Virus record (IMG/VR): IMGVR_UViG_3300027973_000032
Location: 1 to 64,000 of that record
Direction: 5' to 3' (one strand)
Source: a virus
Length of the DNA: 64,000 nucleotides
Positions 18,864-27,867 of the stretch are shown here, piece by piece. Position numbers and translations under genes: made by a program. The notes under the pieces were generated by a model, which saw nothing but the letters and a program-made list of their open reading frames with translations, did not search any database and had not been told where the DNA came from. Position 1 is the first letter of the stretch; the number at the start of each line of letters is the position of its first letter.

Positions 18864-19162
18864 CCTATTCTTTTAGCCGTTGCTTTTTTAGCCATTTGAC
18901 TTACTGTGCTCTTGCCCGTCTCCCCGCCACTTTGTTGACTGGCTGTTTCAGCACTGGTCTTTAATTTGACTCCTTGTGGATCAAAACTACATATTTCCTT
19001 GAAACTGGGATTGGCATTAAATCTAGGTCCAAACTTATCTGCGCTATCAATGCGCTGTCCTAAGACGTTTTGTGTTTCATTGCCAAGAGCACGCCAACTA
19101 ATAATCTCTGGATTGCCTCTGCTATCGGCGGCATTTTTCTTTGCCACCAATAGGTCAAACAA
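18860..19162 (-). CDS. Hypothetical protein, probably the frameshifted C-terminal extension of 19167..20141
   Basis: Only a TTG start with no SD; the frame opens at the A11 run (see findings). Confidence 0.65.
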   Translation of the reverse strand: MFDLLVAKKNAADSRGNPEIISWRALGNETQNVLGQRIDSADKFGPRFNANPSFKEICSFDPQGVKLKTSAETASQQSGGETGKSTVSQMAKKATAKRIG

Positions 19163-19166
19163 CTTA

Positions 19167-20141
19167 TCAGTGGCTTCTGTTACTTTTTTTTTTTGAAGTT
19201 AGGATTGTAGCTAACTTGCGGCTGTATGCACTTTCTCTCATGGCACGCCCAGCTGCTCCGCCTTCTGGTGCTGCACCTGCTGCTTCTTCTGGTGGACCTT
19301 CTTCACCACCTGCTGCACCCATCCCGCCGCCTGCACCTGCTAGTCCTGGACCAGCACCCATACCACTTGGAGCTGGACCACCTGTGCCTGTTAATACACC
19401 TACAGCCTGTGCTAGTGCCTGACGATTCTTTTCCAGTGCCAAATAGATTTCATCCAATGCTGGACGTACTGTTTGCTCAAATTGTGTACTAGTGTCGCTG
19501 CCCATCTCATCTCTTATAGAGTCTAATAAATCTAACATAGCTTCTGACTTCATTGAAGCAACATCTTCTAACCAGCCTGTAATACGATCAACCATGTCCT
19601 TACTGGCCATGATTAGTTCTGCTTTTTCTTCTTCACCCTCAGTGATGATTAAATCTCTTACAACACCCTTAGCTGTATTTTCGTCTAGATCATAACGTAC
19701 GATTAGTTCGCTAACTACTTCTTCATCGGCATCACGTTCCATCATTAAACGTTGTCTTGCGTTCTGAACCCATCCCTGATTTAATCCATGACCCTTTAAA
19801 CGACGCATGGCACTGTGATATTCTTTTAGATTCTTCATCTTTTTCTTCTTACCTCTAGTACCCTCTTCCACATCATCTTCTTCTTTGGTTTCACGCTCAG
19901 CAATCTCTTGATTGATCACATCAAGAAACATTTTGTTCTTTTGATACTTGTGACTGCTTAGTACACTGTCATAACTTTCGTTAGTTTCAAACTGACTCTG
20001 TGCTGTTCTTAGTTTATTTCTTGCATCATGAAGTTGTTCAATGGTAAACTTGTTTAAATTAATACTATAGCCAAACTTTTCAGATAAGCTTTCGTTAAGT
20101 TGTCTACTGGTAAGTGGTTTATGAAGATCTTTGATATTCAT
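19167..20141 (-). CDS. Putative prohead core/scaffold-like protein
   Basis: Highly charged and helical, Gly/Ala/Pro linker, basic C-terminus; late-gene context. Confidence 0.5.
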   Translation of the reverse strand: MNIKDLHKPLTSRQLNESLSEKFGYSINLNKFTIEQLHDARNKLRTAQSQFETNESYDSVLSSHKYQKNKMFLDVINQEIAERETKEEDDVEEGTRGKKKKMKNLKEYHSAMRRLKGHGLNQGWVQNARQRLMMERDADEEVVSELIVRYDLDENTAKGVVRDLIITEGEEEKAELIMASKDMVDRITGWLEDVASMKSEAMLDLLDSIRDEMGSDTSTQFEQTVRPALDEIYLALEKNRQALAQAVGVLTGTGGPAPSGMGAGPGLAGAGGGMGAAGGEEGPPEEAAGAAPEGGAAGRAMRESAYSRKLATILTSKKKSNRSH

Positions 20142-20167
20142 ACTGGGTTCCTAAATATTTAAGTTAT

Positions 20168-20608
20168 TTATCTAAATGATGTAGCAAACGCATTGCTTAT
20201 TTTGTCTCGATAGTAGTCTGCTCGATCTCTCGTTAACTCCCCTCTCCACAAGTACAAATCTCTTTTTACCAAGTCTTTGGTTTTTTTATATAATTCTTTA
20301 AAATTCAAATGATCGTTGTGATTGGCCCAATAGTGTTCGTCTAATATTTTAGTTTCAATCAATAAGTCAATTCTATTTGTTCTATGATAGTTGGCTGCCA
20401 ATAATGCACTGCTTTTTAAATTAAAAACTTCTATGAATATTTTACTTTGATTCTGTATCCTACTCAATGTCCAACTGGCATCCTTATTCTTTTTAATAAC
20501 ATAATTTTTATAGGCCACACTGCCGTCTGGAAGTATGGTCAATGGCATAATGTCATTGACATCTTCTAAAAACTTTTCTAATTTCTTAGCGACTTGCTTT
20601 ATAGTCAT
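20168..20608 (-). CDS. Hypothetical protein
   Basis: 146-aa ORF packed in the minus-strand operon. Confidence 0.75.
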   Translation of the reverse strand: MTIKQVAKKLEKFLEDVNDIMPLTILPDGSVAYKNYVIKKNKDASWTLSRIQNQSKIFIEVFNLKSSALLAANYHRTNRIDLLIETKILDEHYWANHNDHLNFKELYKKTKDLVKRDLYLWRGELTRDRADYYRDKISNAFATSFR

Positions 20609-20798
20609 TGGCTACAACCTTTGGATCCTTGTGCCCTATCTTGATTAGCAAATGTTTACGTATCATTACTTCGGCTATTTGTTGTTCACGTTGAGGCATA
20701 GTACTTAGCAAAGTGGGCCTAGTCAGTTTCTCCAATAAGGCACGTTCCTCGTTAGTAGTATAGATTTCAAAACTCTTAACTAGTTCGTTGATTTTCAT
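20586..20798 (-). CDS. Hypothetical protein (MKINEL N-terminus)
   Basis: Overlaps both neighbours in operon fashion. Confidence 0.7.
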   Translation of the reverse strand: MKINELVKSFEIYTTNEERALLEKLTRPTLLSTMPQREQQIAEVMIRKHLLIKIGHKDPKVVANDYKASR

Positions 20799-22177
20799 CT
20801 AAGTCCTGCAATACGTAGCATGGCTGTTAGTTCAGGATCCTCGACCATTCTTTGATTAGAACGATTAAAGCTTTCTCCCGACACACCCATGTCAGGCCTT
20901 CCCATGTCAGTTGATTGTGATGCCGGAGCTGCTGGTTTTGCTGCTCCTGGTGGGGGTTGGAATCCACCTGGTTTTTGATATTGACCTTTGTTTGAAAACC
21001 AATTGCCTATTTTGTTTAATGCACCTTGATTTTGTGGCAAGTTAGGATTTGATCCAGGCATAATTTGTTTACCATCTGGGCCAACTACCATTGAACTGCC
21101 GTCTGGATTGGTTATTGTTGAATTGCCATCGTCGTCGCCAACAATTTGCGGACCTGCTGGCTTTGCTGGTGCTGCTGCTGGTGCTGGTGCTGGTGGTTTA
21201 GGACCTGGTGTTGGTGGATTAGCTGATGTTGATGTTGTATCACCTGGCATATATGCCGGGACTTGCGGCTGTTCAGGAAATTGTTTTCTAGATGCTGCAA
21301 TTGCAGGATCCAACTCAGCTTCTGGATTATGGTCATTGCCACTTGCTGTTAAGCTAGTTGCTGGCGCCTTGGCTGCGGCTAATGCTGATGCAGGTGTTAC
21401 TTGTGGTGTTGGTGCTGGTGCTGGAATCTTACCGCCGTTAGGCAAAGGTTTACCATCTGGACCAACTACTATTCTCTTACCATCAGGTGTAGTAATCGAG
21501 TGATTGCCTTCGTCGTCAGTTTGTACCTGTGTGCTGGTTGGTGCTGCTGGTGCTGGTGCTGGTGCTGGTGTATTTTGTGTGTTGGTCTTGTCTTTTTCTA
21601 TTTGTTGTGCAATATCTGGACTAGTGGTTGGAGAAGTTCCACCCTGTTTGGCCATTGCTGCTCTTAAGGCTGCTGTTGTTTTTGGACCAATTTGACCATC
21701 TGGATTTAATCCTTGATTCTTTTGAAAAAGCTTGATCGCTGCTGGATCCATTTTCATTTGTTGTGCCATAGCCACACCTGCTGGATCTGGTACGAATGGT
21801 TTCTTAGCTGCTGCTGGTTTGGCTGCTGGGTTAGCAGTTGGTTTAACTGTTGTACTATCCTGAGGGTTAACATCGCCATGATAATCAGCATTAGGACTTA
21901 CTTTAGTGTTTGGTGTCGGTGCTGCTGGCGCTGCTGCTGGTGCTGCTGGTGCTGGGGTCGGTGCTGGTGCCTCTGCCACCATTTTAATGGTATGCATAGT
22001 TTTTGGATCTGGCACACCAGTTTGATCTAATCCCATGTACTTTTGAAAAATACCAATTGCTCTAGCAGTATCTACATGTTTGGATTTGTAAGATTCGTGT
22101 AGACCAGAAAGTTGTCTTATTCTAGCTACTTCAATTTGCTCCAATAGAGCCTTGGCAAAGATTTGTATATTATTCAT
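20795..22177 (-). CDS. Pro/Ala-rich protein with two peptidoglycan-binding-like motifs
   Basis: AIGIFQKYMGLDQTGVPDPKT and AIKLFQKNQGLNPDGQIGPKT; duplicated DDxGN.xIT.PDG...VVGPDGK unit. Confidence 0.7.
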   Translation of the reverse strand: MNNIQIFAKALLEQIEVARIRQLSGLHESYKSKHVDTARAIGIFQKYMGLDQTGVPDPKTMHTIKMVAEAPAPTPAPAAPAAAPAAPTPNTKVSPNADYHGDVNPQDSTTVKPTANPAAKPAAAKKPFVPDPAGVAMAQQMKMDPAAIKLFQKNQGLNPDGQIGPKTTAALRAAMAKQGGTSPTTSPDIAQQIEKDKTNTQNTPAPAPAPAAPTSTQVQTDDEGNHSITTPDGKRIVVGPDGKPLPNGGKIPAPAPTPQVTPASALAAAKAPATSLTASGNDHNPEAELDPAIAASRKQFPEQPQVPAYMPGDTTSTSANPPTPGPKPPAPAPAAAPAKPAGPQIVGDDDGNSTITNPDGSSMVVGPDGKQIMPGSNPNLPQNQGALNKIGNWFSNKGQYQKPGGFQPPPGAAKPAAPASQSTDMGRPDMGVSGESFNRSNQRMVEDPELTAMLRIAGLR

Positions 22178-22178
22178 T

Positions 22179-22721
22179 TTAGATTCCTGCTAATTTTTTT
22201 AAATTTAATACGTCCTGATCCAGTGTTTGTTTATTCAGTACGCTTACTCCAGCTACACGTTGTGCCAATTTGGCTATATAGGCTGCTTCGTCTAAAGGTT
22301 CATTTAGACTACGAAATTCTTTTTCTAATTTGTTTATGGGATCCTCTTCACCAAAATTCTCTGTGGTTGGCGCATTTTGCTGGCCACCTTGTTCTGGTGG
22401 ATTACCTGCCTGAGGCTGTGATGGAGCTGCTGGTGCATTAGGAGTCATTGCTCCAGGAGCTGCAACAACTTTGATATCTTGTCCTGGCTTTAATCCAGCT
22501 GCTGGATCTGGAGCAGGAGCAGCTACGGCTTTGGGATCAACTACTGGAACACCGTCTTGCCCTAAAGTAACCACACCTGGTTTTAAGGGCACTGTGACCT
22601 CAGGAGCAGGAGCTGCAGGATTCTTAGGATCAGGCTGCTTATAGGTTAACTCATTACTGCTTGTTTTGGTTACCTCTGCTGGCACTGGAGGAGCACCACC
22701 AGTTACTTCATAAATTTTCAT
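22179..22721 (-). CDS. Pro-rich putative head-internal protein
   Basis: MKIYEV start, LKKLAGI end, low complexity. Confidence 0.6.
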   Translation of the reverse strand: MKIYEVTGGAPPVPAEVTKTSSNELTYKQPDPKNPAAPAPEVTVPLKPGVVTLGQDGVPVVDPKAVAAPAPDPAAGLKPGQDIKVVAAPGAMTPNAPAAPSQPQAGNPPEQGGQQNAPTTENFGEEDPINKLEKEFRSLNEPLDEAAYIAKLAQRVAGVSVLNKQTLDQDVLNLKKLAGI

Positions 22722-23418
22722 ATTGTTGTTCCAAACTCAACCTATCGGCTTCTATATTACTTATGTGATTTCTAAGTTTTTCTATGTGACCTTTGGCTCT
22801 CAATACTTTAAACGCTATGTTTTCTGCACTGAGCTCACCTCCTGTACTTAACCCATGCTGACGCAATCTTTTTATACTGTCCAACACTTCTTTGACTGAG
22901 TCTACATCGTCACTGCGTAAGGCCACACGTACCTTACCTACAAACTGTTTATATTTTTCTTTAACTGCGGCTCTATCCACAGTGTCTTCCACAGTCTCTG
23001 GGATCTTTAACCAACGATCATCTAGCACAGAATATATGCCAGCACTGGTATGTGGCTGTTGACTGTCTTGTACATACAACTCCACATCAATACCTTTGAT
23101 CTGTATATGGTGTTGAAAGTTATATTGATTCTTCTTTGCATCAAATAACTGTTTGAGAAGGATTTTCTTATCCTCAGGCATATCTACTACTAGATGTAGG
23201 TCAATGTCACTGTTCCTACTATAGGTATACCCAGCGTTACTACCGCTTAGGGTAATGTCTTGCAAGTGAAGTTCATCAATGCCAATGTACTCTACAAAAT
23301 TTTTAGCTATTTTTAATAATGTATAACGCACTATTGGCTTGAGTACACCCTTACGCCATAATTTAGCATTAAGGTGTTGATGAAAGATAACTGCGGCGCT
23401 GACAAGATCTTCGTGCAT
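22708..23418 (-). CDS. Nucleotidyltransferase (DNA pol beta superfamily)
   Basis: LSGSNA...SDIDLH (GS + DxD) and third acidic residue in DVELYVQD. Confidence 0.8.
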   Translation of the reverse strand: MHEDLVSAAVIFHQHLNAKLWRKGVLKPIVRYTLLKIAKNFVEYIGIDELHLQDITLSGSNAGYTYSRNSDIDLHLVVDMPEDKKILLKQLFDAKKNQYNFQHHIQIKGIDVELYVQDSQQPHTSAGIYSVLDDRWLKIPETVEDTVDRAAVKEKYKQFVGKVRVALRSDDVDSVKEVLDSIKRLRQHGLSTGGELSAENIAFKVLRAKGHIEKLRNHISNIEADRLSLEQQYENL

Positions 23419-23425
23419 TGCATAT

Positions 23426-23821
23426 TTATCTTAACATTTCAAAACTGATATTGATGCCAGGTCTAAACACACTGGGTTTCGTCTTAATTGTTTCAGTCAG
23501 TCCCGGTATGTATGGCACTAGATCAAAATCCTTTTTTAATAAGGCCACATCATCCCCATCTTCAACGAACACGAACTCTAATTCAACATGCCAATCAAAT
23601 ACCCATATATTGCATAATTCCTTGCCCTTCATACCATATTTTTCTGGTTGATCAATGACGACTTTAGGCGGGTAATCATAATAAAGATTACTTCGCATAC
23701 CAACAGTTTGTATTACAGTATCGAAATTCTGCTGTTGGCTACGTGCTTGCTGTTTATATTCATCATTGCGATATTGACCAGTATTGGTAATATCCACAAG
23801 AGTATAGATTGTGTAACGCAT
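23426..23821 (-). CDS. Hypothetical protein
   Basis: 131-aa ORF with a TAAATA motif 4 nt upstream of the ATG. Confidence 0.75.
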   Translation of the reverse strand: MRYTIYTLVDITNTGQYRNDEYKQQARSQQQNFDTVIQTVGMRSNLYYDYPPKVVIDQPEKYGMKGKELCNIWVFDWHVELEFVFVEDGDDVALLKKDFDLVPYIPGLTETIKTKPSVFRPGINISFEMLR

Positions 23822-23854
23822 TAGCTATTTAATGCGTAGTTAATGGTTAACGAA

Positions 23855-24223
23855 TTATTTGCCTAGTACTCTAACTATGTCGCTTAGATGTCCTGCTACA
23901 AAACCTATTACTATGGCAGCGCCCGTGATCAAATAAACCCATCTATTCTTAAAGTCTTCTAAATTATCTAACTTTTCAAGAACCTTAGTGTTAGCTTTTT
24001 TAGCTTCTTCTTTATTTTCTTCTAGCTTTTCGTAATAGGTATCGCGATTGACATTGTAGATATCCAACATTTTGTCAAGCTTTTGATCCATATCATCACT
24101 GATAGATTCAACAGCATCGTGTACGCTCTTGACATCTTGTTTGAGATCGTCGATCTTTTCACCTAGAAACTCTACCTTAGTTTCTACTACACCAACACGT
24201 TCTTCCATAGTGGCCATAATCAT
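23855..24223 (-). CDS. Coiled-coil protein with C-terminal transmembrane helix (XhlA/holin-like)
   Basis: Heptad-like N-region, then WVYLITGAAIVIGFVAG. Confidence 0.6.
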   Translation of the reverse strand: MIMATMEERVGVVETKVEFLGEKIDDLKQDVKSVHDAVESISDDMDQKLDKMLDIYNVNRDTYYEKLEENKEEAKKANTKVLEKLDNLEDFKNRWVYLITGAAIVIGFVAGHLSDIVRVLGK

Positions 24224-24288
24224 AGTCCTATATATGAAAATATTTATTTTTGTATGAAGATAAGTTATATTGCAATATAACTAGTGGC

Positions 24289-24312
24289 AAAAAAGGACAC
24301 CGAAGTGTCCTT
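24289..24312 (-). terminator. Intrinsic terminator
   Basis: Minus strand AAGGACAC-TTCG-GTGTCCTT (UUCG tetraloop) followed by a T-run. Confidence 0.85.
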
Positions 24313-24337
24313 AATTGCTTCCCATCCCGATTGAGAA

Positions 24338-24727
24338 TTAAGAAACGCCGTATAGGCTTGTTAGTTGTGTTACTGTAACAGTGGATGTTGTACCAGAACC
24401 TGTTAGTGTACCAGCACCGCCTAGAGCCTTGTCTGCTCTAACTGCTACGATGTCAACGTCTAGGGCATGTCCGTCACCAACAAAAATCATTGATGTACCG
24501 TCACTCTTTACTTGGAAAAGAGCACCAGTTGTACCAAACTCTTGTGCTAGGCTGGTTGCTTTACTGTATAAACCATCACTGTATGTGCCTGGAGCAGTGT
24601 GATCACTCTGTCCTGTATCAACATCAGTAATTGTGCTATATGCAATCTTAAATACTTTTAGCTGTAATGTGCTGTATAATGTACCCTTGGCGATATACGC
24701 TGGGTTGGCTTTAAAAACTTGTGGCAT
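24338..24727 (-). CDS. Small, probably abundant virion protein
   Basis: Own TAAATA motif, 5' hairpin (24748-24768), GAGGAG SD, own terminator; Thr/Gly/Ala-rich. Confidence 0.55.
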   Translation of the reverse strand: MPQVFKANPAYIAKGTLYSTLQLKVFKIAYSTITDVDTGQSDHTAPGTYSDGLYSKATSLAQEFGTTGALFQVKSDGTSMIFVGDGHALDVDIVAVRADKALGGAGTLTGSGTTSTVTVTQLTSLYGVS

Positions 24728-24823
24728 AATATTCTCCTCGTTGCCTTAACCCGTTAACTCTACGGGTTGTGTAAAAGTATTTACCAAATTTTAAAAAATT
24801 GGGCAACTTACACCCAAATTTGG

Positions 24824-25093
24824 TTAGATTGAACCTTTACTATTTTTACGACTTTCGTGTACTTTGTTCATGCCACGTTTGAATTTGTCGCCATCACTGG
24901 TGCGTATGGCATTGATAAACCTACGCTCTAACTCACCAGCAGTCTCTACGTCATAATGTTCTTTGATTAACTTCAGTAAGTTAGAAGCACTGGCAATTAA
25001 GTTTGCACCTTTAGTTTCAATAAGGTGGTCTTTATTACGGATCAAACTGATCTCGTTTAGCTCTTCAAGAATACTTCTAGTGCTTTTTTTCAT
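24824..25093 (-). CDS. Hypothetical protein
   Basis: 89-aa ORF with TATAAATA upstream (25111-25118). Confidence 0.75.
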   Translation of the reverse strand: MKKSTRSILEELNEISLIRNKDHLIETKGANLIASASNLLKLIKEHYDVETAGELERRFINAIRTSDGDKFKRGMNKVHESRKNSKGSI

Positions 25094-25178
25094 AGCCGTT
25101 CCTGTCCAACTATTTATAGTGACTGAACGAAGTCATTTAATAAGCTGATTATGGTTGGAAGTATCTTGACTGAAAAGC

Positions 25179-25207
25179 TTGACAATTGCTGCTTTGCAGC
25201 ATAAAAT
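25179..25207 (+). promoter_or_regulatory. Sigma70 promoter with TGCTGC-TTT-GCAGCA palindrome in its spacer
   Basis: TTGACA (25179)-17 bp-TAAAAT (25202); palindrome 25187-25201. Confidence 0.7.
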
Positions 25208-25230
25208 AGACTAAATACTCAGTAGAAACC

Positions 25231-25428
25231 ATGAGTATCTACTTAACCAAAAGGAAACACAAAATGTTTATTTTTACAGTATTTGACAAACTAGTTGATT
25301 TATTAGATCGTTTTAGCAGTCATCAAACAGATTTGGAGCGATTTATTACTGCCCACAATCCACAACACGGCGGTGATGTTGACAATCTCATTCGTCAATA
25401 CACCTATGGTCGCAAGGGTGTATTATGA
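25231..25428 (+). CDS. Small hypothetical protein (start may be 25264)
   Basis: AAGGA SD before the second ATG; first gene after the promoter. Confidence 0.7.
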   Translation: MSIYLTKRKHKMFIFTVFDKLVDLLDRFSSHQTDLERFITAHNPQHGGDVDNLIRQYTYGRKGVL

Positions 25429-25520
25429 AATATCTACATAAATTTTATGATTATCTAATAGCTTGGAATGAAGCTGTTTACCAATATCGTAAACATAATA
25501 AAATTAATTCTTACTACTGA
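25425..25520 (+). CDS. 31-aa peptide
   Basis: ATGA overlap; MKYLHKFYDYLIAWNEAVYQYRKHNKINSYY. Confidence 0.5.
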   Translation: MKYLHKFYDYLIAWNEAVYQYRKHNKINSYY

Positions 25521-25580
25521 AATGTGGCCAGTAATAGACAAAGAAAGATTTAAATAAACATATACTTTAAAGGTAAGATT

Positions 25581-25994
25581 ATGTCTACTAAATTTTCTCA
25601 TTCCAAAGCCTCCGAAGCAGAATTCAAAAGCGGGGGGTTACGCGACTTTTTTCTATATAGGGACTTAGGCGTAGCAGATGCCACACACGGCAAGGTAGTT
25701 GCACATATAACCAAGGCCAATAAGCAGCCCGAACAAGGCACAGGATGGCATACTCATGTGGCAGACTTTCAAATAGTCTATATGCTCAAAGGCTGGGCCA
25801 AGTTTATGTACGAAGATAAAGAAACGCTGGTACAAGCAGGTGATTGTATTCATCAACGTCCAGGTATTGTACACTATTTGTTTGACTATAGCGAGGATAT
25901 GGAGTATTTGGAAATTGTTGGTCCGGCCAACTTTGGCAGTGTTGATGCTGAAGCCCCTTGTGCAGTGCCGCCAGTGACCCCCTGGAGCCAGTAA
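25581..25994 (+). CDS. Cupin domain protein
   Basis: GWHTH...Q.VYMLKGW and GDCIHQRPGIVH cupin motifs. Confidence 0.9.
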   Translation: MSTKFSHSKASEAEFKSGGLRDFFLYRDLGVADATHGKVVAHITKANKQPEQGTGWHTHVADFQIVYMLKGWAKFMYEDKETLVQAGDCIHQRPGIVHYLFDYSEDMEYLEIVGPANFGSVDAEAPCAVPPVTPWSQ

Positions 25995-26569
25995 TGAACA
26001 TAGTATACATACACGGTGCTAGTGCTACCAGTGACAGCTTTAACTATATTCGAAGTAAAGTAGGTAAAGGCATAGACATTAACTACGACAGTCGCAAAGG
26101 ATTTGAAAATAATCTAGGCGATATGTTAGATAAGTTAGCCACAGTGAACGATATATTCTTTGTGGCACATAGCCTAGGCGGTATTTACAGTCTACATCTT
26201 GCCAATACTATTCCTAAACGAGTACTTGGCGCCGTTACATTAAGTGCTCCATATGGTGGTGCAGAAGTTGCTGACGTATTAACTTTCTTCATGCCATTCA
26301 GTAGACTCATGCGTGACATTGGTCCTAGTAGTTGGGTTATGCAACAGGCTGATCGTATTAAAATTCAACATCCATGGACCAATGTGGTCACTATGAAAGG
26401 GCAGAGTCCTTTTATTCCTGAAGACAATGATGGTGTAGTTACAATCAGCAGCATGAAACATCATATTGATATGGAGTTGATTGAAGTAGAGTTTAACCAC
26501 TATGAAGTAGTATTGAGCGACGAGGTTATAAAAATTATTAAGGAACGGATAGATAAGGTAAAGAAATAA
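25994..26569 (+). CDS. Alpha/beta hydrolase
   Basis: YIHG, AHSLGG nucleophile elbow, NDGVV, NHYEV; TAATG coupling to the cupin gene. Confidence 0.88.
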   Translation: MNIVYIHGASATSDSFNYIRSKVGKGIDINYDSRKGFENNLGDMLDKLATVNDIFFVAHSLGGIYSLHLANTIPKRVLGAVTLSAPYGGAEVADVLTFFMPFSRLMRDIGPSSWVMQQADRIKIQHPWTNVVTMKGQSPFIPEDNDGVVTISSMKHHIDMELIEVEFNHYEVVLSDEVIKIIKERIDKVKK

Positions 26570-26654
26570 GTTGCTCTTGTCCATTCTACCCTGTATAATA
26601 AATACATAAGCAGCAGGGTTGTTGCTTATACAGACATACACATAGGAGATTATT

Positions 26655-26924
26655 ATGTCAGACTTTACCCCAAAACTTCCAGACGTGAAGTTCAACAAGA
26701 ACGGATATGAAATCCGCACAGACATCCTCGATATGGCCAAGAGCCTTATGATGGAGGAATACCACGCTAAATTCCACGGTTGGGAAATCTCGGCACAGCG
26801 TGATGAAAAATCAGGACAGGTTATTACCACAGTTGGTATGCCACAGTTTCCTGGACTTGAGCAAGTGCTATCTACAGCAGAAAAAATGTACGGCTTTGTT
26901 AATCAAGGCACCAAGTCACGTTAA
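26655..26924 (+). CDS. Conserved hypothetical phage protein
   Basis: AGGAG SD, promoter TTGCTC-17-TATAAT at 26571-26599, own terminator. Confidence 0.8.
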   Translation: MSDFTPKLPDVKFNKNGYEIRTDILDMAKSLMMEEYHAKFHGWEISAQRDEKSGQVITTVGMPQFPGLEQVLSTAEKMYGFVNQGTKSR

Positions 26925-26941
26925 TCATTAGTGCCTAGCAC

Positions 26942-26966
26942 AATAGGGCCTTAGGGCCCTATTTTT
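26942..26966. terminator. Intrinsic terminator between convergent genes
   Basis: AATAGGGCC-TTAG-GGCCCTATT followed by T-run. Confidence 0.85.
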
Positions 26967-27867
26967 ATATCCAATCCTTAGGCTTTAAATAACGTTCGTA
27001 CAATGTAGCTTCTGGAGAGTTGACTTCTGGTCTATAGTCATAACTCCAAGTAACATTAGGTGGCATACTCATTAAGATACTTTCTGTACGGCCACCGCTT
27101 TGTAGTCCAAACAATGTGCCACGATCCCATACTAGGTTAAACTCTACGTATCTACCACGGCGATATGCTTGCCATGCTCTTTGTTCTGGCCCGTACGCCG
27201 AGTCACGTCTACGTTGTGCAATGGGCAACCAAGCTGATAAAAAGTTATCACCCACTGCTCTTGTTAAGGCAAATGCTGTGTCAAAGTCTGGTGTGTCTAA
27301 GTCATCAAAGAATATGCCGCCTATGCCTCTAGGTTCATTGCGATGTTTGAGATAAAAATATTCATCACAGGCTTTTTTATAGTTGGCATAGACATCCTCA
27401 CCGTATGGATGCAGTGCATCACGACAAGTACGATGAAAGTGTTCAGCATCATCATCAAAGCCATAGTAAGGTGTTAGGTCCATACCGCCACCAAACCACC
27501 ACGTTGCTGGTTCATTGCTTGTGGCCTGTGCCACAAAGAAGCGCACATTTAAATGTACTGTTGGTACATATGGGTTGAGTGGATGAAACACTAGACTCAT
27601 TCCCATTGCTTCCCACTTTCTGCCTATTAGGTGTGGGCGTGCTGCTGTGGCTGATGGTGGTAGTTGATTACCTGTGACATGACTAAATCCAACCCCACCA
27701 CGCTCGAGTAGCTGACCTCCTTCAAGTATGCAGGTTATACCTTCGCCAGTAGGTTTATTCCATTCATCATGTTTGAATTTGGCGGACTCTTCATTCATTT
27801 CTAACATATAAACTATGTTTTCTTGTAATCCAAGTAGCCAGCTTTTTACTGCTTTTGAGTCAACCAT
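26965..27867 (-). CDS. hemF: Oxygen-dependent coproporphyrinogen III oxidase
   Basis: [91 protein letters not shown]. Confidence 0.96.
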   Translation of the reverse strand: MVDSKAVKSWLLGLQENIVYMLEMNEESAKFKHDEWNKPTGEGITCILEGGQLLERGGVGFSHVTGNQLPPSATAARPHLIGRKWEAMGMSLVFHPLNPYVPTVHLNVRFFVAQATSNEPATWWFGGGMDLTPYYGFDDDAEHFHRTCRDALHPYGEDVYANYKKACDEYFYLKHRNEPRGIGGIFFDDLDTPDFDTAFALTRAVGDNFLSAWLPIAQRRRDSAYGPEQRAWQAYRRGRYVEFNLVWDRGTLFGLQSGGRTESILMSMPPNVTWSYDYRPEVNSPEATLYERYLKPKDWI

